Shown here one piece after another: positions 39,401 to 51,785 of a DNA stretch of 64,000 nt. The notes beneath the pieces were generated by a model. The model had not been told where the DNA came from. It searched no databases and was given only the letters and a program-made list of their open reading frames with translations. How positions within the stretch are numbered: position 1 is the first letter of the stretch; every line of letters starts with the position of its first letter. Both the position numbers and the translations under genes were made by a program. Source of the DNA: Malacoraja senta (taxonomy: Eukaryota); NCBI GenBank assembly GCA_038087875.1, contig CM075982.1, forward strand, positions 14,942,001-15,006,000, given 5' to 3'.

Positions 39401-39960
39401 TAAGAGCTGGGCCCCGCGATTGGGCGGCTGGGCCCGAAGGTGCGCAGCAGCAGCGCCTTGAGATCCTCAAATTTATTGATGGCGGGCGGATTCTGCAGGT
39501 AAGGGAGCAAACGGGTGGCAGTGTCCTGGCTGAGCGCACCAACCATGTAGAAATACCGGGTGGAATCCTCAACAATCTCGCGGATCTCGAACTGGGCCTC
39601 GATGTGTTGAAACCACACATGAGGCTGAACAGCGCAGAAAACGGCAGATCAAGGGAAACCGCGGTCTGCTGGGCGGGGTAGGTATCGAGGTTTTCGGCGG
39701 CGTTCATGTCCAGACCCGAAAAAAGTTTGGATTGTCGGGGTCACCACAGAAGCAAGACCGGGCGGGTTGAGTGAAATAGTTTTTTATTCGCACAAACAAA
39801 CAGAAACCCGTAAAAACCGCATGTCAATCGAGAACACAGCTCCTGTCGCTGGGAGGAGCGCTGATAACTAAAACTCCGCGAACGAACCCCCTGCGGTCAC
39901 GTGACCGTGCCGACCAATGATGAGGGTTCTGTCTTCCCAGCCCCACCGCGTGCCGCGACA
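36425..39960 (-). mobile_element. Degenerate Ty3/Gypsy LTR retrotransposon with both LTRs (36425-~36629 and 39748-39960), gag-PR-RT-RH-IN
   Basis: gag WFQHIEAQF/GDRKPS; protease FLVDSGAE; RT SPWASPLH...DYRSLN...YLGD; RNase H YSAFNRELLA; integrase CIPCQ, HVDLVGP, SDRGAQF; 4-bp TSD gtca/gtta; frameshifts. Confidence 0.95.
39734..39746 (-). other. Primer-binding site, tRNA-Trp (TGGTGACCCCGAC); second copy at 54684-54696
   Basis: 13-nt complement of the vertebrate tRNA-Trp 3' end (GTCGGGGTCACCA), 1 nt inside the 5' LTR. Confidence 0.85.
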
Positions 39961-41436
39961 GTTATTTGTAAAACAGGTGCCGCAACAGTTATTTGTAAAA
40001 CTGGTCACAAAGCGGAGAGGTTTACATTCTCATGTGTAGGAAGTAATTGCAGATGCTGGTTTACACCAAAATAGGCACAAAATGCTGGAGTTACTCAGTG
40101 AGACAGGCAACATCTCTGGATAGAGGTTTACACAAAAGATTGACACAACTGTCTTATCCAGAGATATTGCCTGTCCCACTGAGTTACTCCAGCATTTTCT
40201 ATCTTCAGCTTACATTCTCAGTTGGGTTCATAAATGTCCTTTGGCAAAAGAGATTGGCTTTGACTCATTTGCCGCCGAATGGTTGACCTGGTTTGACTTC
40301 AGTGACTCTAGTCCCAAAATGACAGACTGCGACGACCTTCGTAAACGACCTTTCATACTTGAGCAACATGAGGATGCGCAACATTTTCCTGCCATGGTCA
40401 CCTGCAAACTGAGTTGATGTTTGGTTGGGAGGTGTCAGATTAGAATTTTGCTGCAAACGTTCAGGCAGATGATACAAGAGAAAATGTGGCAACACCATTG
40501 GATTATTGGATCATGGAATAAGAGGGATGGCAAATGACTGAAGACTTGTAGTAAATACCGTACACCGAGGTATAGAGACCTTGAAATCTGCCGGCAAACA
40601 AAATGTATAAAGCTTGAGAATTAAGAATGTGAAAAGACTTGATAAAGACAGGTGTGAAGTATCAGCGAGGTCCTATTTGCTACGTTGCATAGACCAGAAA
40701 CTATTCAGGAAGAGTTTTTTTAATTCATTCTTGGATGTGGACATTATTGGTCATTACAGTTGTTATAGCCAGCTCTTATTCCCACTCTTTTGAACCATCG
40801 GTACTGTTTGGTGGAGGCTTCCAGGATTATGACACAAGACAGTGGAGGAACAGGTGCATTGGGAGAACAACTTGGAGGTGTTCCCAGTCACTTGCAGGTA
40901 GAGCAAATAACAGAGCCTTGTGAGCCGCTGCAGGGTAGCTTCGTAGGTAGTTCACATAGTGACCTTGCAGGTGGGGAGAATTAGGTTGGCAGGTAGTGTT
41001 GGCAAAATAGTGTATCTGCCATGGTGTGGTCAGTAGCGTTTTCGTCTCTGATCAGAAGATTTAATGTTCAAGTCCCACAACAACGTTGTTCCTCACAAAT
41101 TGAGATGGATAGCGAAGTTCAGCCCCAAAGGCAGGCTGCACCGCAGTAACTGTGATATTTCAGACAAGATTTTAAACATACAAGATACTATGGTGCGGGT
41201 TCAGAGAAGGCAAGGATTATATCCATTTTTAACTTATTTTCGCTGGTGTTGAGCTTCTCGAGTGTTGCTGGGGCTATTCACTCTGGTGATCCAGTTAGGT
41301 CATTGATCAATTGTGATGTCCAAGATATTGATCCTGCGGAACATGAACCTCCAGGATATTGATGCTGAAGAACTTGAACAGATGATTTGCGGGCGATTGG
41401 GTTATTTGCAGATGAGACAAGGAATGAAGACACAAG

Positions 41437-41963
41437 GAACATAGAAACATAGAAACATAGAAAACAGATGCAAGAGTAGGCCATTCAGCCCTTCAAACCA
41501 GCATTACCATTCAATATGATTGTGGCTGATCATCCAAAATCTCTACTCCATTCCTGCTTTTTTCCCCATATTCCTTGATTCCTTTTCCTTTACCTGGTGA
41601 ACCTACACTGCACCTCCTCAAGAATTTCCTTCCTCAAATTAGGAGACCAAAACTGCACACAGTACTCCAGGTGCGGTCTCACCAGGGCCCTGTACAACTG
41701 CTGTAGGACCTCCTTGCTCCTATACTCAAATCCTCTCGCTGTGAAGGCCAGCATGCCATTTGCTTTCTTCACTGCCTGCTGTACCTGCATGCTTACTTTC
41801 AGTGACCGATGTACAGGTCTCGTTGGACCTCTCATTTTCCTAATCTGACACCATTCAGATAAAAATCTGCCTTATAATTTTTGCCATCAAAGTGGATAAC
41901 CTCACATTTATCCACATCTGCCATGCATCTGCCCACTCACCCAACCTATCCAAGCCACCCTGC
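41437..41963 (-). mobile_element. CR1 LINE fragment (internally deleted) at the U1/U2 junction
   Basis: KKANGMLAF...LYRALVRPHLEYCVQFWSP; (atagaaac)n tail. Confidence 0.88.
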
Positions 41964-43905
41964 AGTTGTGGGAAGAAAATTCATGGAAACTGTCTAAATT
42001 TCTCATTTAGCTATGAATTCTGTTTAAAGAGTTGATAAAATAGCAACATCTCATGTGACCCAATATGAATTGTGTGTTTATTTACTAACTATGGCGCATT
42101 GAAAATGTATTTTGGAGTCCTCAGACTTGATTTAAACACTTTTTGCCAGCTTCTGAATTGTTCTGTAGATCAATACATTATGAATAATTCATGCTGACAT
42201 ATCCAGATCATCATCACCTTCTCATGGACATTTTGGGATGGACAGTAAATGCTGGTCTTGCTAATGATGGGCAGATCCTGAAAATGGTTGAAATATGGGG
42301 ATAAGGGCGACAATATCAAGAACGTAGTTTTCAATCCACCCTCAAAGGCTTGCACAGACAGTGAAGCATTTCTCAAATTGGCAGGGTTTAAAATACTCAT
42401 TGCCAAGATTTTTCCAAGCCATGATGGAGCAAACTGAATTGAAGATAAAGGTTGACTGGTCAATTTTTGTATTGTTCCAAAGAAATGCTGTCGCTGTTGT
42501 GCAAGTAAACACAGTAGCAAATGGCAACTGTGGCAGATTTCTTCTTGTCGGCTTTATTTTATTAATATCTGCCAAATAAAGTAGTTAGATTTAAGGTCTC
42601 ATCTGAAGGAAAGCACCATCATCAGTAGAGGATTCACTCTCTTGTTCCCAGCTGTTGGGCAAGATTATCCACTTGGGAATCTAGAATGGGATTTGAACCA
42701 CATCCTTGAGTCTGAGGGGAGAATTTTTTCTCTGTCTATTATAGGAAAGTGTGGGAACTGTGTTGATGAGAGTAGATCAGATATGAACATTTGGGTGCAG
42801 ACAAAGTTGAAGTGATTTGTTGGAGAGAAAAATTAATCCACAGGAGACTGGGTTAACAGTCCAATTGCAACCATGGACCTTTAGACATGGCAATACTGTG
42901 GCTATTTGGAGCAGCAGGTTATATTAGAAAAAATCAAGAAATTTACACCTAATATTGCATTGGATTTATTAATTCAAATTGAGTTTGCGATGGATTTCCC
43001 ATCTTTGATTTGAATGATTGGCCTGGTTAGCAAATTCATGAGGATAACGACAACGCACATTTATGTCCCTTTCAGCCAGTAGCACAAACAACAACCACAT
43101 CTTAGTTTCACATGTCTATCTGTGCTCCTGTTCATTGACTTTATTTTCTCACGCATTGAACTGATGTCCAAACCATTGCAATGTTTGGTAACATTGATCT
43201 TCCAGCTTTCCTCTGTCTTCCTGATGCATTAATGAAGCTTTTTCTTCTCACCTTCTGAAACTGTCAGGTTCAAATTCTCGTAGTAAGTTGGTTTAAATCC
43301 ACCTCCTGTGCACAGGCAAGAACTCTATTGCGATTAATTTTTTTTTTATGAACCACCTGTCTTTTTGAGTCCTTATCTGATTGCCATTTTTCTCTCACTC
43401 TCTCTTCCTTCCTTCCAGTTTTCATACTTAAGTGAATGGATTGTCAACAACTGTGTTAGATTCAATATTTTTATTTGTATAGATAGATACATTCATCGGA
43501 GCAACGATAAAAGAGCATCAGGATATGACAAAGCAAAACAATTCTTGCTGAAAAGTTTCAAGTGCCTTAAATGCTTATTTCAGAGACATTTTTAGGGAAG
43601 CATAATACGATCATTCACTTTTGAACTTAGCTAAAAACAACGGCAAACATTTGTAGCCTTTAAATTAGTAAAAGAATGGCCTGCTAGTCTGTTTTTGACA
43701 TTAGTTAGAGAATGATGCTGTCCATTCCTCTGCCTGATCCATGGCATTAGTAATGTTGAGCCTGAACCATTGGACAATCATCTAGCCTAAAGTTTGACAT
43801 TTGACATGAAGTGCAAATGAAAACACAGCTAATACTGCACAAAATGCAGTATTTTGAGTTAACATTGGCCTAATAACAGCATATTCTAAATCTTTGGATC
43901 AATGA

Positions 43906-44913
43906 TCACACTCTTGACTCACTGCTGGATTGGGTGCTGCTGGCAGCTATTGGCAGCTTGTTACAACAGGCCACACCTTTGATGGCATTAACGAGCTTTG
44001 AACGATATTTGGTGCCAGCATAAAAATACACAAAAGGATCCAGAACATTATTGGCGTAAAGGGCAAGAACGCAACAGTAGTAAACCACTCCGATTTGTTG
44101 GTAATTTTTGCAGCTCTTGACACTCACAACGTACATAATTAAACGTGTTACGTTTATAGGAAGAAAGCATATTACAAAGATGCACAATATCACCATCATC
44201 ATCCTGACAGCATGTCGGCCTTTTTCTGAATGAGCAGTTAATGTCAAATTGGCCAATTTCCTTTGAATAAGTAAAGTTGACACCAGCAAGGATATAAATG
44301 GAATTCCAAAGGTCAGAATAAACAACATAATAGTAAAAGTGAGTATATCTTTCTCTACATTTGGTTGATTGAAGCTCATACAATGTATTTTTCCATTCAG
44401 TTCAAAAACATTGACTCTATAAAAAGACGGAAATGCGAATAAACCAGCTAACAACCAAATCAAGACACAAATGACAATGGTACATTTCTTTGTAACCCTG
44501 CTTTGCGAGTGGATAGGCTTGATGATCATGTAACATCGATAATTGCTGATGCATGTCAGGAAGAAGACACTTGCCAACACGATGCAATACATCATGAATG
44601 TTTGGAGTTTGCACACAAAGTTTCCAAATATCCAATAATTGTTGTTGCTGTGGTAAATTATTAGGAGAGGATAGGTGAGTGTGAAAAGCAAGTCGCCCAT
44701 GCACAGATTCACCATCAAAATGTCAATTGGGGTCTTTTTCTTCACGTGCGAGCAAAATATCCATAGGGCCAGACTGTTGAAGCTTGCAGCTAAAATGAAG
44801 AAGATTGTAAGGGTCGGAGGCATCATTCTTGTGAGGAACTGTTCATCCAGCAAACATGTTCTATTCATTGTGGCTATGATTGATGAATTGCCTGTTTCTT
44901 CAGTAGGAGCCAT
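43906..44913 (-). CDS. P2Y-like / delta-group class A GPCR, copy A2, intact, 335 aa
   Basis: Seven hydrophobic segments; NLCMGDL (D2.50), WIFGNFVCKL (C3.25), LTCISNYRC, CFLP, DPFVYFYAG; N-terminal and ECL3 cysteines; N-glycosylation sites NSS and NRT. Confidence 0.95.
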   Translation of the reverse strand: MAPTEETGNSSIIATMNRTCLLDEQFLTRMMPPTLTIFFILAASFNSLALWIFCSHVKKKTPIDILMVNLCMGDLLFTLTYPLLIIYHSNNNYWIFGNFVCKLQTFMMYCIVLASVFFLTCISNYRCYMIIKPIHSQSRVTKKCTIVICVLIWLLAGLFAFPSFYRVNVFELNGKIHCMSFNQPNVEKDILTFTIMLFILTFGIPFISLLVSTLLIQRKLANLTLTAHSEKGRHAVRMMMVILCIFVICFLPINVTRLIMYVVSVKSCKNYQQIGVVYYCCVLALYANNVLDPFVYFYAGTKYRSKLVNAIKGVACCNKLPIAASSTQSSSESRV

Positions 44914-47900
44914 CTATGACGAAGAAGTAGAATCAAAAATATCATTTAAATTGACCAACCATTCTCTAGCATTGCGTGACGTTTTGGTGATGAGCAAACA
45001 GTGCTGTAGAACATTGGATAATGGCTGCAGACCTGCTTTACTATAATACTTTGCACTTGGTCTGTTTCACACTGGCTTTAGTGGAGCTTCATCAGTTAAT
45101 AAAATGAGACAAAGAGCCGTTAAAGTGTGTTTTTGAATTCATTCCTGTAAATTTAAAGCTGTGATGGTCCCACTGATAAGTCTCGGAATCAAGGACTTCT
45201 GTACATTGTGTCCTCTTCCATTTTGTTCACTGCCATCCCATTCTCCAACCCCCACCCCACGCACACACCTGCTTCCTATCACTCATAGCCTATCCTCTGA
45301 ATCTCCACCCCTCTGCGTTTGATTTTGGTTGGGACTTAGCAAATTCCTTTTGAAAAATGAAGCACACAGAGTGGCGCAGCTGGGAGAGCTGCTGTCTTAC
45401 AGCACCAGAGACCCAGGTTCGATCATGACCACGGGTGCTGTCTGTGTGAATTTTGCACGTTCTTCTTGTGACCACATGGGTTTCCTCCAAGTGCTTCAGT
45501 TTCCCCCACGTCCCAAAGACATGCTGATTAATTTGGTTAAGGTTAATTGGCCTCTGCAAATTATGCCCTACATCATAAGGTTATAAGGTCATATGATAGG
45601 ATCAGAATTAGGCCATTCGGCCCATCAAGCCTACTCTGCCATCCTGAGATATGGTGCCCAAAATTGCTCATGTGTAGGGAATGGATGCGAAAGTGGAATA
45701 ACAGAACTAGTGCGATTGGGGAAATTAATGGTCAGCATGGCATCTCTGAAGATCATGGATAGGTGACGTTTCAGATCAGGACACTCTTCAGACTAAGGAA
45801 GGGTCCCAACCTGAAATATCACTTATCCATGTTCTCCAGAGATGATACATGACCTGCTGAGTTACTCCAACATTTTGTGACAATATGGTACTTGGAATCC
45901 CAAAGACGATAGTTTAATCTGAACTCTGTTATGGGAGATCACTAGTTGGAAAGAGAAACCGAGCAAAGCCTCTTCATAACACCCTGACCTCCCACCTCCC
46001 CAACCCCATCTCACATTCTTGCCTCAGTTGAGACAGAGTTTGGCGGTCCCTCACTGGCCCCATCAGTCACTCTTGAACACAGGAAAGCAGAGTGGAAGCA
46101 GTGGTTGTCTTCCCCCAAGCTACTGCTAATGGAAAAAAATAGTGTTCCCTACGATAGATTTTTAATATCTATTTTTATGTTTTACAAATATGAGGATGTT
46201 AACGGGTTCAGAAGGTTTGATAAGAAGGAGGGGGTGGATAAGCATGGTCATTTCCCCCTGGTGTGCATGAGACTGAGAGGTCTGTAATAATTACAAAGGG
46301 GATAGTAGATAAGTTGAATAGTCACGGGCTTTTGGGGAGTTTAAAAGTAGAGGGCACAGATTGAAGGTGAGAGGGGGGAAGATTTTATAAAGACCTTAGT
46401 GGCAATTTTTCACTCAGAGGGTGGTGAAGCGAACTGCCAGGAAAAGGGGCATTATGATAATAATAATAATAATAATAATAAATACTTTATTAATCCCCTT
46501 TTCAGGGGAAATTCAGATAATTAAAAGACGAGACACAAGAGAATGCAGATGATGGAATCTTGAGAAAATAACAAGCTGATGGATGAACTCAGGTCAGTCA
46601 GCTTCTATGCGGGGAAATGGACATAATGACATTCCTGGTTGGGACCCTTCTCCAGTTACGTAAAAGTCACTTGCATGGGTGCATGGATAGGAACGTTTTG
46701 GAGGGATATGGGTCAGGCGCAGGTAAGTGGGACTACTCAGTTAGGCAACCTGGTCGGTATGCACGGGTTGGGCCAAAGCGCCTGTTTTCATGCTGTATAC
46801 CTCTATGACCCTCCTCATTGGGCTTGGAGATTGCAACCTTCACGTGATACGCCCTGTTTCGACGAATGCAATCAACCTGGCGTGCACAATCAAATAAGAT
46901 CAAATAGAACAAGTTGTCCTACAACTTTAGGCTGTGCACGCCATACACAAGAAGAAGACCCTACTCATTAAGTGATCATAAGTTTAGAAAAGGAGATGAT
47001 TGCTTACCAGTCTGCCTTGACGTCCCAGTGCAGCCGCGACAGTGCTCAGCAAGAATATCTATTGAAACTCGTTTCACAACTCTTACTATTCCTTATGTAG
47101 ATGATGAAACTTAAGGAGGCCCAAAATTGGGAACATAATTCAACATCCTGCATGTCTGAAAGTTACCAAATGTTTTGTTTTTAAATCAGGAAATTAGCTA
47201 ACTGTCAAGTTACTGAAAGACGAAAGGAAAGATGATTTTATAAATAGTTTGATTTGTTTGTCAACTCTGCTTTTCCAGTAAGTTCAGAAGTTATATCACA
47301 CAGCGTTTTTAATAACCCGATTGAACTTGTTATTTCACAGCCTTGTGTACAGGTATGGCTGTGTCACACTTATGCCACTGAGCTACTAAACCTGGAGCCT
47401 GCAATAATACAGAAAACAAATTTCAATACTTGTATGTTTGAAATTTTACATTCATTTGCAATAAATAATGCTCATTTGTAAATGATCACAAACAGAGAAG
47501 TTTACATTCTCATGTGTAGAAAGTAATTGCAGATGCTGGTTTACACCAAGATAGACACAAATGCTGGAGTTATTCAGTGTGACAGGCAACATCTCTGGAT
47601 AGAGGTTTACACAAAAGATAGACACAAATGTCTTATCCAGAGATGTTGCCTGTCCCATTGAGTTACTCCAGCATTTTGTGTCTATGTTCAGCTTACATTC
47701 TCAGTTGGGTTCATAAATGTCCTTTGGCAAAGGAGATTTGCTTGACTCATTTGCCGCCGAATGGTTGACCTGGTTTGACTTCAGTGACTCTAGACCCTAA
47801 ATGGCAGACTGCGACGACCTTCGTAAACGACCTTTCATACTTGAGCAACTTGGGGATGCGCAACATTTTCCTGCCATGGTCACCTGCAAACTGAGTTGAT

Positions 47901-48815
47901 GTTTGGGAGGTGTCAGATTAGAATTTTGCTGCAAACGTTCAGGCAGATGATACAAGAGAAAATGTGGCAACACCATTGGATTATTGGATCATGGAATAAG
48001 AGGGATGGCAAATGACTGAAGACTTGTAGTAAATACCGTACACCGAGGTATAGAGACCTTGAAATCTGTTGGCAAACAAAATGTATAAAGCTTGAGAATT
48101 AAGAATGCAAAAAGACTTGATAAAGACAGGTGTGAAGTATCAGCGAGGTCCTATTTGCATAGACCATAAACTATTGAGGAAGAGTTTTTTAAATTCATTC
48201 TAGGATGTGGAAATCCACCTCCTGTGCACTGGCAAGGTCTCTGGTGGGATTTGTTTTTTAAACCATTGTCTTTTTGAGTCCTTATCTGACTTTGCCATTT
48301 TTTTCTCTCTCTCTCTTCCTTCCTTCCAGTTTTCATACTTAAGTGAATGGATGTTCAACAACTGTCTTGGATTCAATATTTTTACTTGTATATATAGATA
48401 CATTCATGGGTACAACGATAAAAGAGCATTAGGATATGACAAAGCAAAACAATTCTTGCTGAAAAGTTTCAAGTGCCTTAAATGCTTATTTCAGAGACAT
48501 ATTTAGGGAAGCATCACACAATCATTCACTTTTGAACTTAGCTAAAAACAACGGCAAGCATTTGTCGGCATTAAATTAGTAAAAGAATGGCCCATTATTC
48601 TGTTTTTGACATTAGTTAAAGAATGATGCTGTCCATCCCTCTGTGCCTGATCCATGGCATCAGTAATGGTGAGCCTGACCATTGCACAGGTCATCTAGCA
48701 AGCCTAAAGTTTGACATTTGACTTGAAGTGCAAATTAAAACACAGATATTACTGCATAAAATGCATTATTTTGAGTTAACATTGGCCTAATAACAGCATT
48801 TTCTAAATCTTTGGA

Positions 48816-49820
48816 TCAAAGGTCACACTTTTGATTCACTGTTGGATTGGGTGCTGCTGGCAGCTTGTTACAAAATGCCAAACCTTTGATGGCATTAATG
48901 AGCTTTGAACGATATTTGGTGCCAGCGTAAAAATACACAAAAGGATCCAGAAAACTATTGGCGTAAAGGGCAAGAACGCAACAGTAGTAAACCACTCCGA
49001 TTTGTTGGTGATTTTTGCAGCTCTTGACACTCACAACGGACACAATTAAACGTGTTACATTTATAGGAAGAAAGCATATTACAAAGATGGACAATATCAC
49101 CATCATCATCCTGACAGTATGTCGGCATTTTTCTGAATGAGCAGTTAATGTCAAATTGGCCAATTTCCTTTGAATAAGTAAAGTTGACACCAGCAAGGAT
49201 GTAAATGGAATTCCAAAGGTCAGAATAAACAATATAATATTGGAAGTGAGTAAATCTATCTCTGTAATTGGATGATTGTAGCTCATACAATGTAGTTTTC
49301 CATTCAATTCAAAAACATTGATTCTAAAAAAAGACTGAAATGCGAATAAACCAGCTAACAACCAGATCAAGACACAAATGACAATGGTACATTTCTTTGT
49401 AATCCTGCTTTTGGACTGGATAGGCTTGATGATCACGTAACATCGATAATTGCTGATGCATGTCAGGAAGAAGATACCTGCCACCCCGGAGCAATACATG
49501 AGGAATGTTTGGAGTTTGCACACAAAGTCTCCAAATATCCAATAATTGTTGTTGCTGTGGTAAATTATTACAAGAGGATAGGTGAGTGTGAAAAGCAAGT
49601 CGCTTATGCACAGATTCAACATCAAAATGTCAATTGAGGTCTTTTTCTTCACGTGCGCGCAAAATATCCATAGGGCTAGACTGTTAAAGCTTGTAGCTAA
49701 AATGAAGAAGATTGTAACGGTCGGAGGCATCATTCTTGTGAGGAACTGTTCATCCAGCAAACATGTTCTATTCATTGGGGCTATGATTGATGAATTGCCT
49801 GTTTCTTCAGTAGGAGCCAT
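48816..49820 (-). CDS. P2Y-like / delta-group class A GPCR, copy B2, intact, 334 aa
   Basis: Same 7TM motifs as A2; different C-tail. Confidence 0.95.
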   Translation of the reverse strand: MAPTEETGNSSIIAPMNRTCLLDEQFLTRMMPPTVTIFFILATSFNSLALWIFCAHVKKKTSIDILMLNLCISDLLFTLTYPLVIIYHSNNNYWIFGDFVCKLQTFLMYCSGVAGIFFLTCISNYRCYVIIKPIQSKSRITKKCTIVICVLIWLLAGLFAFQSFFRINVFELNGKLHCMSYNHPITEIDLLTSNIILFILTFGIPFTSLLVSTLLIQRKLANLTLTAHSEKCRHTVRMMMVILSIFVICFLPINVTRLIVSVVSVKSCKNHQQIGVVYYCCVLALYANSFLDPFVYFYAGTKYRSKLINAIKGLAFCNKLPAAPNPTVNQKCDL

Positions 49821-51785
49821 CTATGACGAAGAAGAAGAACCAATATAATTTAAATTGACCAACCATTCTCTAGCATTGCGTGACTTTTTGGTGAAGAGCA
49901 AACAGTGCTGTAGAACATTGGATAATGGCTGCAGACCTGCTTTACTATAATACTTTGCACTTGGTCTGTTTCACACTGGCTTTAGTGGAGCTTCATCAGT
50001 TAATAAAATGAGACTAAGAGCCCTTAAAGTGTGTTTTTGAATTCATTCCTGTAAATTTAAAGCTGTGATGGTCCCACTGATAAGTCTAGGTGTCTTCCAC
50101 TCAAGGACCCCTGTACATCATAAGGTTATAAGGTCATGTGTTAGGAGCAGAATTAGGCCATTCGGCCCATCAAGTCTACTCCGCCATCCTCAGATATGGT
50201 GCCCAAAATTGCTCATGTTTAGGGAATAGATGCGAAAATGGGATAACAGAACTAATGCGAACGGGCGATTGATGGTCAGCATGGCATCTGTGAAGAGCAT
50301 CGATAGGTGACGTTTCAGATCAGGACACTTCTTCAGACTGTGGAAGGGTCCCAAGCTGAAACATCACCGATTCATGTTCTCTGGAGATGATGCATGACCT
50401 GCTGAGTTACTCCAACACTTTGTGACAATATGGTACTTGGACTCCCAAAGCCAATACTTCAATCTGAACTCTGTTATGGGAGATCACTAGGTGGAAAGAG
50501 AAACCGAGCAAAAATTAACATTGTGATTGATTCTGGCCTCTGAGCTCTTAAGATTCACTGGCCTGTTTGCTCTTAAAACGTAGTAGAGGATTGTGATGGT
50601 GTTGAGAGCCTGGGACCATTCAGGGGAAGTGCAGAAACTGCCGCATGAACGATGGAAGGATTGTACCCATCTCCTGAGCGCCAAACCACCCATCGTGACC
50701 CCCACCTCCCCAACCCCATCTCACTAGACACATTCTTCCTCAGTTGAGACATAGTTTGGCAGTCCATCACTGGCCCCATCAGTCACTCTTGAACACAGCA
50801 AAGCAGAGTGGAAGCAGTCGTTGTCTTCCCCCAAGCTACAGCTAACGGAAAAAAATAATGTTCCCTACGATAGATTTTTAATAAGTATTTCTGTTTTTAA
50901 TAACTATTTCTGAACTCAGGTCAGTCAGCTTCTATGCGGGGAAATGGACATAATGACATTCCTGGTTGGGACCCTTCTCCAGTTACGTAAAAGACACTTG
51001 GATAGGTACATGGAAAGGAACATTTTGGAGGGATATGGGTCAGGCGCAGGTAAGTGGGACTACTCAGTTAGGCAACCTGGTCGGTATGCATGGGTTGGGC
51101 CAAAGCTCCTGTTTTCATGCTGTATACCTCTATGACCCTACTCATTGGGCTGGGAGATTGCAACCTTCACGTGAAACGCCCTGTTTCGACGAATACAATC
51201 AATCTGGCATGCACAATCAAATAAGTTCAAATAGAACAAGTTGTCCTACAACTTTAGGCTGTGCACGCCATACGCAAGAAGAAGTCCCTACTCATTAAGT
51301 GATCAGAAGTTTAGAAAAGGAGATGATTGCTTACCAGTCTGCCTTGACGTCCCAGTGCAGCAGCGACAGTGCTCAGCAAGAATATCTATTGAAACTCGTT
51401 TCACAACTCTTACTATTCCTTATGTAGATGATGAAACTTAGGGAGGCCCAAAATTGGGAATATAATTCAACATTCTGCATGTCTGAAAGTTACCAAATGT
51501 TTTGTTTTTTAATCAGGAAATGAGCTAACTGTCATGTTACTGAATGACGAAAGGAAAGATGATTTCATAAATAATTTGATTGTTTGTCAATTCTGCGTTT
51601 CCAGTAAGTTCAGAAGTTATTCCATACTGAGCATTGAACTTGTTATTTCACAGCCTTGTGTACAGGTATGGCTGTGTCACACATACCACTGAGCTACTAA
51701 ACTTGGAGCCTGCAATAATACAGAAAACAAATTTCAATACTTGTATGTTTGAAGTTTTACATTCATTTCCAATAAATAATGGTCA

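Larger units (their letters stand above)
24676..41963. repeat. Tandem segmental duplication unit U1 (A1 + B1 + Gypsy + CR1)
   Basis: Starts agttgtgg...aattcatggaaa, recurring at 41964 and 57260; collinear content. Confidence 0.88.

Noticed and set aside
36425-39960. Possible active or domesticated Gypsy element
   Set aside because: RT YxDD is mutated (YLGD; YLGE in copy 2), with several frameshifts and internal deletions, diverged LTRs and no env-like ORF.
43906-44913. Assigning the symbol P2RY1, OXGR1 or CYSLTR
   Set aside because: Only scaffold-level similarity; diagnostic ligand residues differ and orthology cannot be established without a phylogeny.
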